From the IMG/VR virus record IMGVR_UViG_3300050343_000110: a stretch of 64,000 nt of DNA. One strand, written 5' to 3'. This DNA comes from a virus. How positions within the stretch are numbered: position 1 is the first letter of the stretch; the number at the start of each line of letters is the position of its first letter. Made by a program: the position numbers and the translations under genes. The notes below the pieces were generated by a model. That model worked only from the letters and a program-made list of their open reading frames with translations, was not told where the DNA came from and searched no databases. Shown here in pieces: positions 41,016-51,069 of this stretch.

Positions 41016-41909
41016 ATGTCTATTTCAGCGCTAAGAAACCAGAACTCTCTGGACAAACTTCTACAACAAGTCCAAAAGGACGAATCCCCATCAACTGAGA
41101 AAAAGTCATACGTTGACGAAAGACTTTGGAAGCCTCAGGTTGACAAGGCAGGTAACGGTTACGCAGTAATTAGGTTCTTGCCTGCACCAAAAGGTGAAGA
41201 GTTGCCATGGGTTCGTGTTTGGAATCATGCATTCCAAGGCCCAACTGGACAGTGGTTCATTGAGAACTCACTAACTACGTTGAACCAGAAAGACCCAGTG
41301 TCAGAGTACAACTCTGCATTGTGGAACTCTGGTGTTGAGAGTGATAAAGAAATCGCTCGTAAACAGAAGAGAAAGTTGCAGTATTACTCTAACGTCTATA
41401 TTGTACAAGATTCTACTAACCCAGAAAACGAAGGCAAAGTAATGCTTTATCGTTATGGTAAGAAGATTTTTGACAAGTTGATGGAGACTATGCAGCCTGC
41501 ATTTGAGGATGAAAAAGCAATCAACCCATTTGATTTATGGGAAGGTGCAAACTTCAAACTCAAGATTCGTAAGGTTGATGGTTACTGGAACTACGATAAG
41601 TCTGAGTTCGACTCTGTGACGCCTTTGAAGTCAACTGATGAGGAACTAGAATCAATCTGGAATGCAGAACATTCCCTTGCAGATTTTGTTGCTCCTTCTA
41701 ACTTCAAATCATATGATGAGCTGAAAACTCGTTTGGATGCTGTTCTATCTGGTACGGTTGTTGCAGCTAAAACTGCAGCTGCAATGATTGAAGAGGATGA
41801 AACGCCCTTCACTCCTACGTTCAAGTCAGAACCAGCTCCAACACCAACTTCAGTTGATAATGAAGATGATGACGCAATGTCATATTTTGAAAAGTTGGCA
41901 AACGAATAG
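41016..41909 (+). CDS. 32: Single-stranded DNA-binding protein gp32
   Basis: D.R.WK..DKAGNGYAVIRFLP, GKKIFDK, NYDKSEF, acidic tail. Confidence 0.96.
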   Translation: MSISALRNQNSLDKLLQQVQKDESPSTEKKSYVDERLWKPQVDKAGNGYAVIRFLPAPKGEELPWVRVWNHAFQGPTGQWFIENSLTTLNQKDPVSEYNSALWNSGVESDKEIARKQKRKLQYYSNVYIVQDSTNPENEGKVMLYRYGKKIFDKLMETMQPAFEDEKAINPFDLWEGANFKLKIRKVDGYWNYDKSEFDSVTPLKSTDEELESIWNAEHSLADFVAPSNFKSYDELKTRLDAVLSGTVVAAKTAAAMIEEDETPFTPTFKSEPAPTPTSVDNEDDDAMSYFEKLANE

Positions 41910-41984
41910 GTATAGTGGTAAAGTCCTTTGTGCAGTAAGTCTCTCTGAGTCGTAACACCACATAAAAAGACTACTAAATAGTAA

Positions 41985-42029
41985 AACGAGATGGAGGGCA
42001 GAGTGTCAAAACTCTGTCCTCTTTTCGTG
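41985..42029 (+). terminator. Hairpin terminator after gp32
   Basis: GAGGGCAGAGT / ACTCTGTCCTC followed by TTTT. Confidence 0.6.
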
Positions 42030-42074
42030 TCATATTATGTTACTGTTCAAATTATTGACAAAGACTAAATGTCT

Positions 42075-42082
42075 TATAAATA
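42075..42082 (+). promoter_or_regulatory. T4-type late promoter
   Basis: TATAAATA. Confidence 0.75.
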
Positions 42083-42111
42083 TTGTCGTAAGTATATTAG
42101 GGAGTGATACT

Positions 42112-42657
42112 TTGAAAAAATTCATAATGGCGCTGGGTATTTTACTATTATCTACTACTGGCGCCTTTGCACAAACCGTTGTCGAAACAACAACTGATAG
42201 TAAATCAGATGTTACGACATCTGGAAAAACTATAGTCATATCACCGCCACCTTCTGCAATCTCGCCGAGTGTAGGTTCATCGACTTCTGATCTTTGTATG
42301 TCAGGAGTATCAGGTGCAGTACAAACACAAATTCTTGGTGTGTCAACTGGTGAGATGGTAAGAGATGAGAATTGTGAACGTCTAAAGATTTCAAAGACGC
42401 TATATGATATGGGTATGAAAGTAGCAGCCGTATCAGTGCTTTGTCAAGACGAAGAGTATATGATGCCATGGAGATGGCAGGAACACCTTGTCCATTCCTT
42501 GGTAAAATTGGGGAACAAGCAACAGATGAGTGGAAGAACAATCCTGGCCGTATTCCACCATCAGAAGTAGTGAGGACACAAGGAAGATGTTCAAGAACGT
42601 AATGCAAAAATTGGCGCTGGCATTGGCGGCCTTGCTTTGCTTTTGCTCCTACTCTAA
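42112..42657 (+). CDS. Exported Cys-containing protein with C-terminal membrane anchor (frameshifted)
   Basis: Signal peptide; PPPSAISP..DLC..GVSGAVQTQ..NCERLK..LCQD..AGTPCP; tail GAGIGGLALLLLLL. Confidence 0.65.
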
Positions 42658-44358
42658 CGCACAGGTATCTACAGGGCCCGCCTCTGGACAAACTGGTAAC
42701 ATTCTAATAATAGGGAATGGGTGGACAGGCAACTTTAGTACTTGTACTCATAATGTAAACTGTTGGGCAGGAAGTACTGATACTGGTGATATTCACAATG
42801 CTCCAGCCGGAACTACTGGTAATGGTTCTACTTTCTACTGGAGCGGCACACAAGAAACCCTTACAAATACAATCGCAATAAACTCTGCACTTGCTGCCGC
42901 TGGTATACAAGTTGATGGTTTTGATTATGAGTGGGTATATAAGAATGGTAATGCAAACCATTTTTCTGGACAGCCAGGCGGTGGTGGAATAGACCCCCTT
43001 TGAGATTGTTGTCAATGTCTATGATGCCAACGGTAACTTGTTTAAGACTTACAGGTATGACTACGGCACTAATTTTGCAAACTGGACATATGATACAGGT
43101 ACAGAAGTATTCGGTACAAATTTCCTTGACCCCTCATTCTTTGGAAATGTAGAAGTACTTGTTACTGGACAGGACATCGCTGCACAGGCTGGTTATTGGG
43201 GGCCAGAGTTTAGAGCAGATGAATCTGGATTATATGTAAACTATTCTGCAAACCTTTGTTACAACAATCCTCTACATGACCCTTCATGTCCTGGCTATGC
43301 GAATGCTTTGTTTCAACAACAATGTACTGCAAATCCATTATTTGATTCCGCCTGTCCAGGCTATGCCGCCGCATATCTTATACAACAATGCACTGCAAAT
43401 CCCTTGCATGACCCTGCCTGTCCTGGCTATGCAACTGCATATTACAATCAACAGTGTTCACTAGACCCTCTATATGATAAAGGTTGTACTGGACATTTGA
43501 CTGCACAGTGTAATAAAAACCCTCTTTATGACCCTCAATGTCCTGGCTATGCGGCTGCTTATCTTGCAGACAGGTGTTTCTATGACCCTCTATATGATGT
43601 ACAGTGTACAGGATACCAACAGGCATACTTTGATCAGCAGTGTGAGTTGGATAGTCAATACGACCAACTCTGCCCTGCATATCTCGACCCCTGACCTTGT
43701 AGATTTAGGTGATGTTGACCCAGTTGAAGAAGTTCTATCTGAACCAGATATTCCAGTAGTTGCAGAACTAGACTTTACAAGTACAGTTAATGATTTTGAT
43801 GGTGAGATAGTTGTAGAAGATCAACAGATAGTAGAAACTGTAGAAGTTGAAGATGGAGATGGTTTTCAACAAGTCGATGATAATATCGAAGGTGAAAAAT
43901 TGCAGATGGAAGATGATATCGAAAAAGAGATTGCCGCACTAGAGAATGAGGCCGTTGAAGATGATACTGCACCTGATTTTGTAAAGGGTGATGCTAATCA
44001 AGAGGACGATATTGAGAAGGAACTTGCAGAATTAAAGAATAGTGAAAATTCAGATAACAAGAAAGATGCACCAAAACCAAAGACAAAGAACGAAAAGATA
44101 AAACTACTACTTGCTATGAAAGCAATAGAACTAACAAAAAAACTTGAGAAAGAAGTAAGTCTGGAACAGAATATGATAATGCAAAGACAACTACTTGCGT
44201 TGATTTCATATGTGCCAGGCTTTGATTATAATGAGAAGAAATTACCACAGACTAATTTCTATCCACCAAAACCAACAGTTGACCATGCCTATGCAAGGTG
44301 GTTCTTAAATGACCCTAATTTTGGTTTGATGGAAGATTCACAATATAATTTTAAATAG
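42587..44358 (+). CDS. Large exported protein with Cys-pair repeats and acidic stalk (indels near 43000 and 43690)
   Basis: Joins ORFs 42530..43003, 43038..43694, 43528..44358. Confidence 0.65.
43257..43683 (+). repeat. Seven coding repeats CxxNPLxDxxCPGY (~22 aa)
   Basis: Visible in translation. Confidence 0.85.
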
Positions 44359-44367
44359 GAGAGAGAA

Positions 44368-44913
44368 ATGGCAGAAATAGAATACGGTGGAATTAAAGTA
44401 GGGGGTTCTAAACTTCTACTTGTTTTGCCACTAGTGGGAACAATTGGTGGTGGACTATGGGCTGGATTTGAGTTCTACAAAGACTACATGGATATGAAAG
44501 AACAAATCCAAAACTATGTTGCACCAGACTTGTCAGAGTTTGACAAACAACTTGCAGTTATCACAGAAGAGATGACACTTACCAGAGAAGAGGTAAAAAT
44601 CATCAGAGATTCTATCGGTGAACAAGTAGACTTTATGCGTGATACCAAACACGACTTGCGTGGTGACTTGGTTCGTATGGAGAAGATACTGGACAAGGTT
44701 GAGAACGACATTGATGCAGTAGAAGATGAGGCACAGGCACTTATGGACAGAACCAAGACTGATGCTCGTAATATGATTAATGATGCAAACAATCGTTTCA
44801 ATGATAAGGTATCTGGTTTGGAAGGTTATGTCAAACGAGAACTGACTTCACTTGAAGATGACCTTGATAGAAAATTGCAGAAGAGTTTGGATAACCCACT
44901 AGCGAATAGATAA
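44368..44913 (+). CDS. Membrane-anchored coiled-coil protein
   Basis: N-terminal TM LGGGLW.GFE.Y-type, long heptads, LDNPLA tail. Confidence 0.65.
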   Translation: MAEIEYGGIKVGGSKLLLVLPLVGTIGGGLWAGFEFYKDYMDMKEQIQNYVAPDLSEFDKQLAVITEEMTLTREEVKIIRDSIGEQVDFMRDTKHDLRGDLVRMEKILDKVENDIDAVEDEAQALMDRTKTDARNMINDANNRFNDKVSGLEGYVKRELTSLEDDLDRKLQKSLDNPLANR

Positions 44914-44982
44914 ATACTAGTGTGAGTTGAGAAGTCAAAAACATTATTCTTCATCATTTGTAACTAACTAAGGAAAATACAA

Positions 44983-45465
44983 ATGATAGACCCAGTTACC
45001 GCTCTTGCTACAGCCTCGAGCGCATTTAATCTTATCAAAAAAGGTTTTTCTGTCGGCAGAGATGTTGAATCTATGGGAAAAGACCTTGGACGCTGGATGG
45101 GAGCAATGTCTGACCTGAAGAAGGCAGATGAATATGCTAAGAAACCGCCTTTGTTTAAAAAGATATTTGCAGCGGGTTCAGTAGAAGAAGAGGCCATGGC
45201 TGCCTTCATGGCGAAGAAGAAGGCAGAAGATATGCGTGACGAATTGCGACAAATGATTTCGATGACAAGAGGGCCGTCTGCATGGCAGGAGCTCATCAAT
45301 ATGGAAGCACAAATTCGTAAAGACAGACAGAGGGCAATCTATGATCAGAAAGAACGACAGAGAAAGTTCTTTGAATACAGTATTGCGGCACTATTAGTAA
45401 TTATAACTTCTTGTTTTGTTGTATGGTTCGCTTGGTTCATTATGCAACATAAAGGTATGATTTAA
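44983..45465 (+). CDS. Conserved phage membrane protein
   Basis: MIDP.TA.A.A..AF start, C-terminal TM. Confidence 0.6.
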   Translation: MIDPVTALATASSAFNLIKKGFSVGRDVESMGKDLGRWMGAMSDLKKADEYAKKPPLFKKIFAAGSVEEEAMAAFMAKKKAEDMRDELRQMISMTRGPSAWQELINMEAQIRKDRQRAIYDQKERQRKFFEYSIAALLVIITSCFVVWFAWFIMQHKGMI

Positions 45466-45879
45466 TGTTGTTGGTGTTTGTCTCTATATTTGTAATGATA
45501 TTGATTGGCCTGTTGGGGTATCTGGTATGGATGGATGACCAGATATATAATCCACCATATATGCCTGAGACAGAAGCAGAAAGACACGTTAAAGAAATGA
45601 AATTAAGAATTCATAATGCAGAGTGGAAGTTTAAGAGAGAAATCGGTGAGGTATGATTCACGCATTCATGTTAATAGTTGTTATGGGAACAAATGAATTT
45701 AGAAAAGTAGAACCAAACTCTATGTACTTTAGAAGTATAACAACTTGTCTATGGTATGCAGAAAAAATTCCTAAGAGATATGGAAACTATGCTTGGGATT
45801 CATATGTTGACCCTAGAGATAGGGTTACTGCATATTGTAAACCTGTCAAGATAAAAGATGGTGAACACATCTACGATCA

Positions 45880-48036
45880 CTAACCAGCAACTGCAGCTAA
45901 TTGTGATGCAGAACTGTTATCTCTTGTCGCAACAGGTATAGGTGCAGATGCTCCTCCACTACTTCCACCACCAACATTATTCTGGTTGACAACAACTGTT
46001 GTAGCTGCATCGGCAGTAGCATCTTGCGCTCCAGCAGTTCCTTGTGCAACTGCCTGTCCAGTAGAACTGCCAACTGGTGCAAGATTAGGATTGCCATACA
46101 TTTGTTTGTATTTGGCATCAGCAAACTTCAATTGTTTGCGTGGTTTTAAATTACTATATCCGGCATATATATCTTCATATTCTTCAGTTCCACGATATGC
46201 ATATTGTCCTTGTCTATCTCCGTCTGATACCAGATATTCTTTCTGTCCAGAACCAGAGAATTCACCAGCACCATTTCTTTTGCTAATCTCTGCTCTAAGG
46301 ACTCCTGCTGTATCTTCATCAATATCTTTATCATCTAAGATTGCTTGTAACTGTTTAGTAGTAGCCTTACCAATGAGATTAGCATTTACTTCAGAGTTGC
46401 CAATTAAGTCTTTGTCGTAAAGTCCTGTTGCCTTTGCTTGGTCTAAACCACTCATTCCTTTGAATTCATCAGAACTTTGATCTACCTCTTTACCAAACAG
46501 GAAGTCAACTACTGTCTCTGGTAGTATTCCACTTGCAAGTCCTCGTACATCAATATTTAATAAACTTTTGAAGAACTCACCAATCTTACCAAATGTTTCG
46601 ATAACAAAATCAGAAAGACGGAATGGTTCGTTTGGATCACCAAATCCAAATATATCTTTGATTGCATTGACTGCCAAATTGATTGGTGCATATATTAAAT
46701 CTGCAATACTACCAAATAAGTTAAGGAAGGCCTCGGCGCTAAAGTCACCAGAGAAAATTGCTTTAACAGAAGAAATTACATCACCCACAGTTTGTTTAAT
46801 AAATTGGAACATTGCAAAATCACCAAATAAATCTTCTCCTAGTGCAAATATTTCTTTGATTTTGGTAATTACAGTGTCAACCATTCCAGTGATAAATGTT
46901 CTAAGACTGAAATCAGTTCCATCCTCAGTTGACCAACCAAAGATACCCATAATCCAATTTACTGCTGAATCAATGGGTGCAAAGATAATATCAAGAAGTC
47001 CACCTTCACCCACAATTCCATTCCACATAGATGTAAGTGTTCCTACAGGGTCAGTGAATAATCCAACAACACCATCGTATATTCCAACAAAGAAATCTTT
47101 AATACTGGCCAATGTATCAGTAACAAACTTACCTATAGAACCAAAGACTGAATCTGTTTCTTCTAAACCAAACAGTTTTGCAAACAAATTATAAACACCA
47201 GTGATTAGATTATCTATTGTATCAATAAAGAATGTTCCTAGACTTCCAATTAGAGTTGTAATACCACCAAGGATATCACCCTCTTGAAACTTTGTGATTG
47301 CGTCACCAACACCAGAAAACAGTTCTTTGATATTTTCAAACTGTCTGATAAACACATCTTTAACAATCTCAAATATAGGTTTCAGAACATTTTCATACAA
47401 ACTTTGAATTGCTGGTACTATGTCATCCATGATGACTTTCTTAGTCTTTTCCCAATACTCACTATTCATAAATGCAATAAAGGCTGCAAGAGCGCCACCG
47501 ATAAGAAGTTTACCTAATATACTTTTCAGTCCACCACCAAATGCAGATGCCTTATCTTTTATCGCTTTACCAAAAGAAGATGCAACACCCACAACTCCCC
47601 TTTCTACAGACTGAATACCATCTAATAGTGCAGTTTGTAATCTGAAATTTTTACGTTTATCTTCAACTGCTGCGGCTGCATTTTTTACACCAGCTTTTGC
47701 ACCATCTGCCAATAGTTTTAAGGGAGCAAGAATTGTTAGAGCAGGATTATTTTTAAGAATTGTTTCTTTTTGTTCTTGAAGTAATCTTTTAGTTTCCTCA
47801 CGACCTTGATAGTTTGCCGCAGACGCCTCTGTTCCTTGTGAAATCAGTTCTCGTGTGAGCTCTCTTCCATCTGCAAATGCCTTTTTAGTGACTTCAGTAT
47901 TTTTTGCCATTGAGAGAGCATCTTCTGCCGCCCTCTTTTTGGATGCGGCAACAAGGGCAGAAAACCCTTCTGTCATGGTTTTAGTCAAACCTTTAAATTC
48001 TTTTTCGGTGTTACCCTTGTTGTCATCTTTTGCCAT
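45880..48036 (-). CDS. Tape measure / baseplate hub (gp29-like) protein
   Basis: 718 aa, helical with hydrophobic periodic repeats, downstream of gp26/gp51. Confidence 0.6.
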   Translation of the reverse strand: MAKDDNKGNTEKEFKGLTKTMTEGFSALVAASKKRAAEDALSMAKNTEVTKKAFADGRELTRELISQGTEASAANYQGREETKRLLQEQKETILKNNPALTILAPLKLLADGAKAGVKNAAAAVEDKRKNFRLQTALLDGIQSVERGVVGVASSFGKAIKDKASAFGGGLKSILGKLLIGGALAAFIAFMNSEYWEKTKKVIMDDIVPAIQSLYENVLKPIFEIVKDVFIRQFENIKELFSGVGDAITKFQEGDILGGITTLIGSLGTFFIDTIDNLITGVYNLFAKLFGLEETDSVFGSIGKFVTDTLASIKDFFVGIYDGVVGLFTDPVGTLTSMWNGIVGEGGLLDIIFAPIDSAVNWIMGIFGWSTEDGTDFSLRTFITGMVDTVITKIKEIFALGEDLFGDFAMFQFIKQTVGDVISSVKAIFSGDFSAEAFLNLFGSIADLIYAPINLAVNAIKDIFGFGDPNEPFRLSDFVIETFGKIGEFFKSLLNIDVRGLASGILPETVVDFLFGKEVDQSSDEFKGMSGLDQAKATGLYDKDLIGNSEVNANLIGKATTKQLQAILDDKDIDEDTAGVLRAEISKRNGAGEFSGSGQKEYLVSDGDRQGQYAYRGTEEYEDIYAGYSNLKPRKQLKFADAKYKQMYGNPNLAPVGSSTGQAVAQGTAGAQDATADAATTVVVNQNNVGGGSSGGASAPIPVATRDNSSASQLAAVAG

Positions 48037-48042
48037 TTTATT

Positions 48043-48387
48043 TTACTTCTTTTTATCTACATATGCGTTTGCACCAAAATATGCGGCCACAAGAGCTGAG
48101 ATGGCAACAAAATATGTTGGAGCAATATCACCTATAATTTTTGCAGTGTTTTCGTATCCTAACACTGATGTAATTAAGATGCCTGCTGGATATAACAACA
48201 TACCCATCAATGCGAACCATGTCATCTTTCTCATAGCATCCCTACGAGCGTCTGCATCTTCTAGTTCTTTACGTTTAAATTCCAAATTCATCTCCATTTC
48301 TTCATGCGAAATGTGTCCATCACCATTACTATCAATTTTTTCTACGACCTCTGGATCGACTGTTACTGTTTTCTTCTCTGCCAACAT
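48043..48387 (-). CDS. EF-hand membrane protein
   Basis: DSNGDGHISHEE loop plus two TM helices. Confidence 0.65.
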   Translation of the reverse strand: MLAEKKTVTVDPEVVEKIDSNGDGHISHEEMEMNLEFKRKELEDADARRDAMRKMTWFALMGMLLYPAGILITSVLGYENTAKIIGDIAPTYFVAISALVAAYFGANAYVDKKK

Positions 48388-48405
48388 CTCTCTCCTTTAT
48401 AGTAT

Positions 48406-48609
48406 TTATCTTTTATTCTGGTTATTCATCGCCCGTTGACGTTGTTTTGTTCTTTCATCGTCTAGATGTTGTAACAGCAGAGAAACGTATATCTCCCTCT
48501 CCCAAGGCAACATCATTTCAAGTTCGGTTAATGAATATTGATGATGTTGCATTAACTGGAAATTTAACCGATAGTAATTTTCCAGAGAATTATGAGAGAG
48601 GGCTACTAA
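48406..48609 (-). CDS. 51: gp51-like baseplate hub assembly protein (probably a -1 frameshift extension of gp26)
   Basis: NYY..NF.LMQHH.YSLTELE.M.PWEREIY; conserved part starts upstream of the first ATG. Confidence 0.75.
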   Translation of the reverse strand, partial: LVALSHNSLENYYRLNFQLMQHHQYSLTELEMMLPWEREIYVSLLLQHLDDERTKQRQRAMNNQNKR

Positions 48610-49307
48610 AAAAAATCAGCCATTCCCTGTAGTACAACTTCACCGTCCACCCCTGTCTTGGGGTTCTTAACTTTAATCATGTGTTTGACTTTAGGCATAG
48701 TATTAAAGAATTCTTGAACCTTATCAAACTGGTCATGTGACATAGATTCAATAAAATCATTCAAATCCTCTTTGTCCATGTCTACCTTTTCATACACATT
48801 ATTGCTATCATAAACCTGTCTAACACAAGACTTAATAACCTCAAAAGTTGATTCCATTTCATTTTCCAAATCTAATTCTTGTACAGAATTAACTTTTGGA
48901 TAATCCATAATCAAACCAATTTCGTCAGTCAATCTAATATTGGTATCATGTCCAACTTCTTTATGACACTCAATCTTTGTCAAATCAACCTCTACTTGTA
49001 CTTGTGTAGTATTGTCATCTGGACAAGTTACCATTAGTTTTACTATCTCTCCAACAGACTTTGCTCTTAGATTAATAAAGATATATTCTAAGTCAAAGAT
49101 TGGTAATTTACTTGCATCGACTTTTTCAAACGTGCAAGATGTAATTACATCTTTAACTGCCCTCATAATATCATCTTGTTTTCCTGTTGATTGTGCTATC
49201 ATCAGGGCCTTTTCTTCTTTTACAAGAAAAGGACGATATTCAACTTTTTCACCAGTTGAAGGAAGTGTCAATTCAAATTTCGCCGAGGCGAGTTTTGGTA
49301 ATGCCAT
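48606..49307 (-). CDS. 26: Baseplate hub assembly protein gp26
   Basis: MALPK, YRPFLVKEEK, FDLEYIF..LR.KSVGE, FF.TMP, ends FF*. Confidence 0.88.
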   Translation of the reverse strand: MALPKLASAKFELTLPSTGEKVEYRPFLVKEEKALMIAQSTGKQDDIMRAVKDVITSCTFEKVDASKLPIFDLEYIFINLRAKSVGEIVKLMVTCPDDNTTQVQVEVDLTKIECHKEVGHDTNIRLTDEIGLIMDYPKVNSVQELDLENEMESTFEVIKSCVRQVYDSNNVYEKVDMDKEDLNDFIESMSHDQFDKVQEFFNTMPKVKHMIKVKNPKTGVDGEVVLQGMADFF

Positions 49308-49333
49308 TATATTTCTCCTATTGCATTATTAAA

Positions 49334-49987
49334 TTAAAAGGGGCCGGCAGTTGGATCAACTTCTAAACCACCATTTGCCGAAACATTTCTCCCTCTCTGC
49401 CTTAGTCTTGCACCAAGGTCTATTGATGGAGCGTATTTTTGATTTAGTACTTTACCACTCCCATCAATATGAGTATGCTCTTTGAAAACAAAATCAACAC
49501 TGATTTGTCCTACTTCACCACTTTCTTGTGAATACTCTACTGCACCTATTGTTTTGGGATAACAGTCTTGTAATCGTATCCCAGCAGTTCTATCATTGTT
49601 TTTGTCTAACTGATAAACATCTATGGTTCTTTTATATTCATCATAATATTCCAAGTTATATGAATCTGGCTTGACAATCATATCCATCCAATTCATAAAG
49701 AAGGTTCTTTCAAAGTGTGTTGCCCCTAGATAGAAATTCATTGAGACACTTTCTGCATATGTTAATCCTTGAGCCATTTCGTAAGTCGGCCCATAGACAT
49801 TTTCATTAGTTACAGTTCTTAGGTTCTTGCCGGGCATAGTCAAATTAACAACTTTGAATGATACAAATCTATCGTCTGCAATATTTGGATTTGCCTCATA
49901 CGGTGAGATAATCATTACCTCAAACCTGTTTAAGAATGCAGGGCCGCCCTTATCATAGAACTTTGAAATAAATTCTTGTAGTGCCAT
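49334..49987 (-). CDS. 54: Baseplate tail-tube initiator gp54-like
   Basis: NRF.V, PG, F..W, Y.DEY, YPK.I. Confidence 0.7.
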   Translation of the reverse strand: MALQEFISKFYDKGGPAFLNRFEVMIISPYEANPNIADDRFVSFKVVNLTMPGKNLRTVTNENVYGPTYEMAQGLTYAESVSMNFYLGATHFERTFFMNWMDMIVKPDSYNLEYYDEYKRTIDVYQLDKNNDRTAGIRLQDCYPKTIGAVEYSQESGEVGQISVDFVFKEHTHIDGSGKVLNQKYAPSIDLGARLRQRGRNVSANGGLEVDPTAGPF

Positions 49988-50580
49988 TATGGTCTCCTAG
50001 GCTGATTAACTATTCTTCTAGAATCAGCATATACTTTTGTTTCGCTTGCTCTAACAAATCTTTGTACTGGTAACAAAACTGCCACCATCATTTCTTCTGC
50101 ATCAATTCTACGAAATGTTCCTCTGACATGATTTGCAAGATATCTCTTCACTGTTGGTTTTACAATTGGATTTCTTTTAATACGATTCCATGTCAAACGA
50201 ATTCTTGTAGTTTCGTCCATTTTATCATTTGTTGCATATTCTTGTATTATGTTTAGTAACTTTAATCTCATAGGAATTGATAGGTAGTGAAAATTTAACC
50301 CAACAAATCCTTCATTTATGTTACCCCCACCAACAGGCTGTATAGGTAACACAAGAGGAAACCTATCATAATATGGTAATACGTTCACATCATTCTTGTA
50401 CTTTGGATCATACATAAAAAAGTTCATAGTACCCAAAGTTGGGCGCCCAGTTACAAAACCTTCACGCACCAATTGTGCAGAAGGAACGTCACCAAGTTCC
50501 TTTACCTTCTGTCGAAACCAACGAACACTACGTTCCTTGCCTCCTGTTTTTTCTAGTACGCTTTCAATTATCTCTGCCAT
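49987..50580 (-). CDS. 2: DNA end protector gp2
   Basis: YDPK...LPYYDRFPL, GLNFHYL, KRYL..HV. Confidence 0.88.
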   Translation of the reverse strand: MAEIIESVLEKTGGKERSVRWFRQKVKELGDVPSAQLVREGFVTGRPTLGTMNFFMYDPKYKNDVNVLPYYDRFPLVLPIQPVGGGNINEGFVGLNFHYLSIPMRLKLLNIIQEYATNDKMDETTRIRLTWNRIKRNPIVKPTVKRYLANHVRGTFRRIDAEEMMVAVLLPVQRFVRASETKVYADSRRIVNQPRRP

Positions 50581-50585
50581 ACTAG

Positions 50586-50593
50586 TATTTATA
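50586..50593 (-). promoter_or_regulatory. T4-type late promoter
   Basis: TATAAATA on the minus strand upstream of gp2. Confidence 0.7.
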
Positions 50594-50595
50594 CG

Positions 50596-51027
50596 TTATC
50601 CCAGATGATCTTCTGTAAGAATTTTGAATTCCATATTTCTATCATTGCAAAATTCTATTGCTGCTTCCCACTTTGCTTTGTTCACACCCCATGTACGGAC
50701 TTCTTGAACAAATCGTGGTGTCTTGCGTTGAGGTTGTTTTGGAGGGCCACATTGTGCTTTTGGTTTTACCTCAATTAGTAGTTTTTTAATCAATCCATCC
50801 TTCTGCTTAACTTTAACGTAGAAATCAGGGAAGTAGCGATGGCGTCTACCATCAAGGGGAGATACATAGGGTATAATAATCTCTTCACTACCCCATTCTA
50901 GGATAGCATCATTTCTGTCACAATAAACCATGAATTTACGTTCCCAGAGACTCCTATAAATAATATTAGAAGGGTCTCCTTTGTATTTTCGTGGTTTTGA
51001 TGGAATATATCTTCCTCTGTATGCCAT
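50596..51027 (-). CDS. 4: Head completion nuclease gp4
   Basis: YRSLWE, W.SEE..IPY, HRYFPDF, IEVKP, N.AKW.AA. Confidence 0.92.
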   Translation of the reverse strand: MAYRGRYIPSKPRKYKGDPSNIIYRSLWERKFMVYCDRNDAILEWGSEEIIIPYVSPLDGRRHRYFPDFYVKVKQKDGLIKKLLIEVKPKAQCGPPKQPQRKTPRFVQEVRTWGVNKAKWEAAIEFCNDRNMEFKILTEDHLG

Positions 51028-51032
51028 GGCGA

Positions 51033-51040
51033 TATAAATA
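51033..51040 (+). promoter_or_regulatory. T4-type late promoter
   Basis: TATAAATA upstream of gp48. Confidence 0.75.
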
Positions 51041-51069
51041 CTTTCACACAATGTATAGGACTATTTAGA

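Noticed and set aside
41910-41980. Riboswitch or ribozyme after gp32
   Set aside because: Some pairing potential but no consensus I can match
43257-43683. CRISPR-like array
   Set aside because: Repeats are degenerate at third codon positions and conserved as protein; no cas genes
45986-48632. Plus-strand ORFs opposite the tape measure region, and other antisense ORFs in the track
   Set aside because: Shadow ORFs of well-supported genes, with no RBS or motifs
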